Below are positions 61,781 through 64,000 of a DNA stretch of 64,000 nt, piece by piece. The stretch is from an uncultured Acidobacteriota bacterium (lineage in GTDB: Bacteria; Acidobacteriota; JAQAZP01), in assembly GCA_963836075.1 (NCBI GenBank), contig CAWIIB010000001.1:1984001-2048000 (forward strand), written 5' to 3'. The position numbers and the translations under genes were made by a program. The notes beneath the pieces were generated by a model. The model ran no database searches, was not told the origin of the DNA, and saw only the letters and a list, made by a program, of their open reading frames with translations. Position 1 is the first letter of the stretch, and every line of letters starts with the position of its first letter.

Positions 61781-64000
61781 ATGCCCGATCCACCGACCAG
61801 TCCGAAAAGCCTGCCCAGACGACTGGCGCCCTGGATTCTACTGCTCCTCATCATCGCCCTGGGTCTGGCCCTCCGGCTGGAAGACCTGCGGGACTGGCGG
61901 CAGGAGCCCCAGCGCACCATGTACCAGGGTGAGCCGCTGATCCGCACCATGGACGGCTACTACTACCTCCACCTGGCCCGGGGTCTGCTGGAAGGCACCT
62001 GGCAGGGAGGCTCCGCCGAACCCTGGCGCTGTCTGCAGGAGGACTCGGAGGCGCCGGCATTCCCGCCCCTGCTCTCTCTGGTCACCGCCGCCATTTCCCG
62101 CGGAACCGGCATTCCGCTGATCCGGGTGGCCGTCTTCCTCCCGCCGCTGCTGGGCATCCTGCTGGTGCTGCCGGTCTTCTTTCTCGGCCGGCAGTTCGGG
62201 GGGACCATCTGCGGTCTGCTCTCCGCACTGTTCGCCGGCACCAGCGGGTACTACCTTTACCGCAGCAGCCTCGGTTTTTTCGACACCGACATCCTCAATG
62301 TCACCTTCACCATGACGGTCAGCCTCTTCTTCATCCACTTCGCGCTCAAACGGAGCCGCTGGCGCTACCTCCACCTGGCCCTGGCCCTGGCGACCAGCCT
62401 GCTCTTTTTCCTCTGGTGGCGGCCCTACGCGGTCACCGCCCTGGTGCTCACCATCTTTGCCACGGCCATGGTCTTCTTTTTCCGCAGCGCAACAGGGAAT
62501 GAACGGAAGATCGCGGCTCTGCTCCTGGCCCTGCTGGTCCTTGTCCCGCTGGCCGGTCTCCTCTTCGGCGGCCAGGGCCTGGCCCCGGTGGGCCGGCTCT
62601 TCCAGACCGGCCTGGCCCGGATCATCAACTACGCCGTGTCCAGCGAGGCCTGGAAGGACCAGGATGTGGTCCTGGCCATCAGCGAGCTGCAGCGGCCGTC
62701 GCTGCGGCTGGTGGTGCAGTCGGTGGCCGGCGGGCCCCTGCTCTTTACCGCCGGCCTGGCCGGAATCCTGCTCCTGCTGGTCCGCCGGCCGCGGCAGGCG
62801 CTGCTGCTGGCGGCCCCGCTGGCCCTGGGCTTTATCTCCTTTCTCGCCGGGCGGCGCTTCCTGATCTTCCTCAGCCCCTTTTTCGCTCTCGGCGCGGGGT
62901 TCCTGGCCGCACAACTGCACCGGCTGCTCCGCGGCCGCCACTGGTGGTACGGGGCGCTGCTGCTGGCGGGGTTCACCGCACTGAGCCTGCCCTCCATCCG
63001 CCAGGAACTGGACCGGACCTACTGGCCTTCAATCCACCCCTCGGTGGCCGGGGGGCTGGAGCACCTGGCCGTGCTCCCCCGGGACACGGTGGTCTGGAGC
63101 TGGTGGGACAACGGCCTCGCCCTGGCCTACTGGAGCCGCCAGTGCACCGTTGCCGACAACATGCAGATCGGCAACGTCTTCTACCAGGCCTGGCCCCTGG
63201 CCTCCGCTTCGCCGGCCGTGGCCTCCGGCTTCATGCATTTCTACGTCAAACGCGGGGATCAGGGGATGGACCGGCTGCTGGAACAGTTCGGGGGCTGGGA
63301 CCAGGTCTTCCAGTTCATCGATGAGATCTACCGCCTGGGCCCGGAGGCGTCGCTGCTCCACCTGCGAAATCTGCGGCTCCATCCGCTGGTGGGCTGGTAC
63401 AAATACATGTTCCCCCGTGACTCCCGGCCGCTCTACCTCTACCTCGATGGCGAGATGATGAAGACGGCCTACTGGTGGTACTGGTACGGCACCTGGAACT
63501 ATGCCCACCGCGAAGGGATCCACCCCACCGTGCGAATGTTCGCCGGGCTGCGCTCCGCAAAAGATTCAATCAAGGCCCCCGGCCTGACCATCGACCGTGA
63601 AAAGGGGATCCTCGTGGCCGATGATATGCAGACCACCCTCTCCAGGGTGCTGGACATCAGCCAGAAGATGATGGTGGCCCGGGACTATCCGGACGGGTCG
63701 GACCTGCAGTTCGATTTCTTCCACCCGGCCCGCTTCGGCCTGCTGCACAGCAGCGAATTCGGAGACTCCCTCTTCAACCAGCTGTTCATCCGCCAGACCT
63801 ATGACCCGGCCAGTTTCAAGCCGGTGGTCCTCGCCTCGCCGGTGCTCCAGGTCTGGGAAGCCGTGCGCGACGAGCAGGCCATCGAACAGACCATCACCAG
63901 GCTGCACGCCGGACTGGTCCCGGTGGACGGGGACCCGGTGATGTGGCTCGATCCGGAGAGCGCCACGGGGGAGGAGACGGGGGACGAGCCGGAACCCTTA
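61781..64000 (+). CDS. STT3/PglB-like oligosaccharyltransferase (3'-truncated; absent from ORF track)
   Basis: Manual translation from ATG 61781: TMDGYYY, RSSLGFFDTD, AISE, many TMs, WSWWDNG at ~63095-63115; same frame at the window end. Confidence 0.88.
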   Translation, partial: MPDPPTSPKSLPRRLAPWILLLLIIALGLALRLEDLRDWRQEPQRTMYQGEPLIRTMDGYYYLHLARGLLEGTWQGGSAEPWRCLQEDSEAPAFPPLLSLVTAAISRGTGIPLIRVAVFLPPLLGILLVLPVFFLGRQFGGTICGLLSALFAGTSGYYLYRSSLGFFDTDILNVTFTMTVSLFFIHFALKRSRWRYLHLALALATSLLFFLWWRPYAVTALVLTIFATAMVFFFRSATGNERKIAALLLALLVLVPLAGLLFGGQGLAPVGRLFQTGLARIINYAVSSEAWKDQDVVLAISELQRPSLRLVVQSVAGGPLLFTAGLAGILLLLVRRPRQALLLAAPLALGFISFLAGRRFLIFLSPFFALGAGFLAAQLHRLLRGRHWWYGALLLAGFTALSLPSIRQELDRTYWPSIHPSVAGGLEHLAVLPRDTVVWSWWDNGLALAYWSRQCTVADNMQIGNVFYQAWPLASASPAVASGFMHFYVKRGDQGMDRLLEQFGGWDQVFQFIDEIYRLGPEASLLHLRNLRLHPLVGWYKYMFPRDSRPLYLYLDGEMMKTAYWWYWYGTWNYAHREGIHPTVRMFAGLRSAKDSIKAPGLTIDREKGILVADDMQTTLSRVLDISQKMMVARDYPDGSDLQFDFFHPARFGLLHSSEFGDSLFNQLFIRQTYDPASFKPVVLASPVLQVWEAVRDEQAIEQTITRLHAGLVPVDGDPVMWLDPESATGEETGDEPEPL

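Overview
GC-rich bacterial DNA from a diderm (TonB-dependent receptor, usher-like protein), probably an anaerobe (ThiH); I cannot fix the taxon from the sequence. Contents: a thiF-thiS-thiG-thiH operon, a CHASE-GAF hybrid histidine kinase, a chaperone-usher-like pilus cluster, L-serine dehydratase, an RRM protein and many small housekeeping genes. It also holds a dense set of large exported proteins (two C25 gingipain-like, one S8 and two M28 peptidases, an amidase, a beta-helix protein, FG-GAP propellers) and envelope-modifying enzymes (STT3/PglB-like oligosaccharyltransferase running off the right edge, a GT-C-like protein, two Thr-type sulfatase-like proteins). Main hidden signal: unrelated secreted proteins end in one of two shared C-terminal modules. 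One is a ~120-aa domain with a (Y/W)NQPPYxPxGD motif (3 copies, 2 masked by frameshifts); the other is a six-unit GPGPG/FG-GAP propeller (3 copies). These may be tags of an undescribed sorting or surface-display system. Also seen: a possible non-TPP switch in the thi leader, a long structured leader before the RRM gene, and a perfect 23-bp inverted repeat. About 11 single-base frameshifts look like long-read errors. No tRNA, rRNA, CRISPR array or transposase was recognised.
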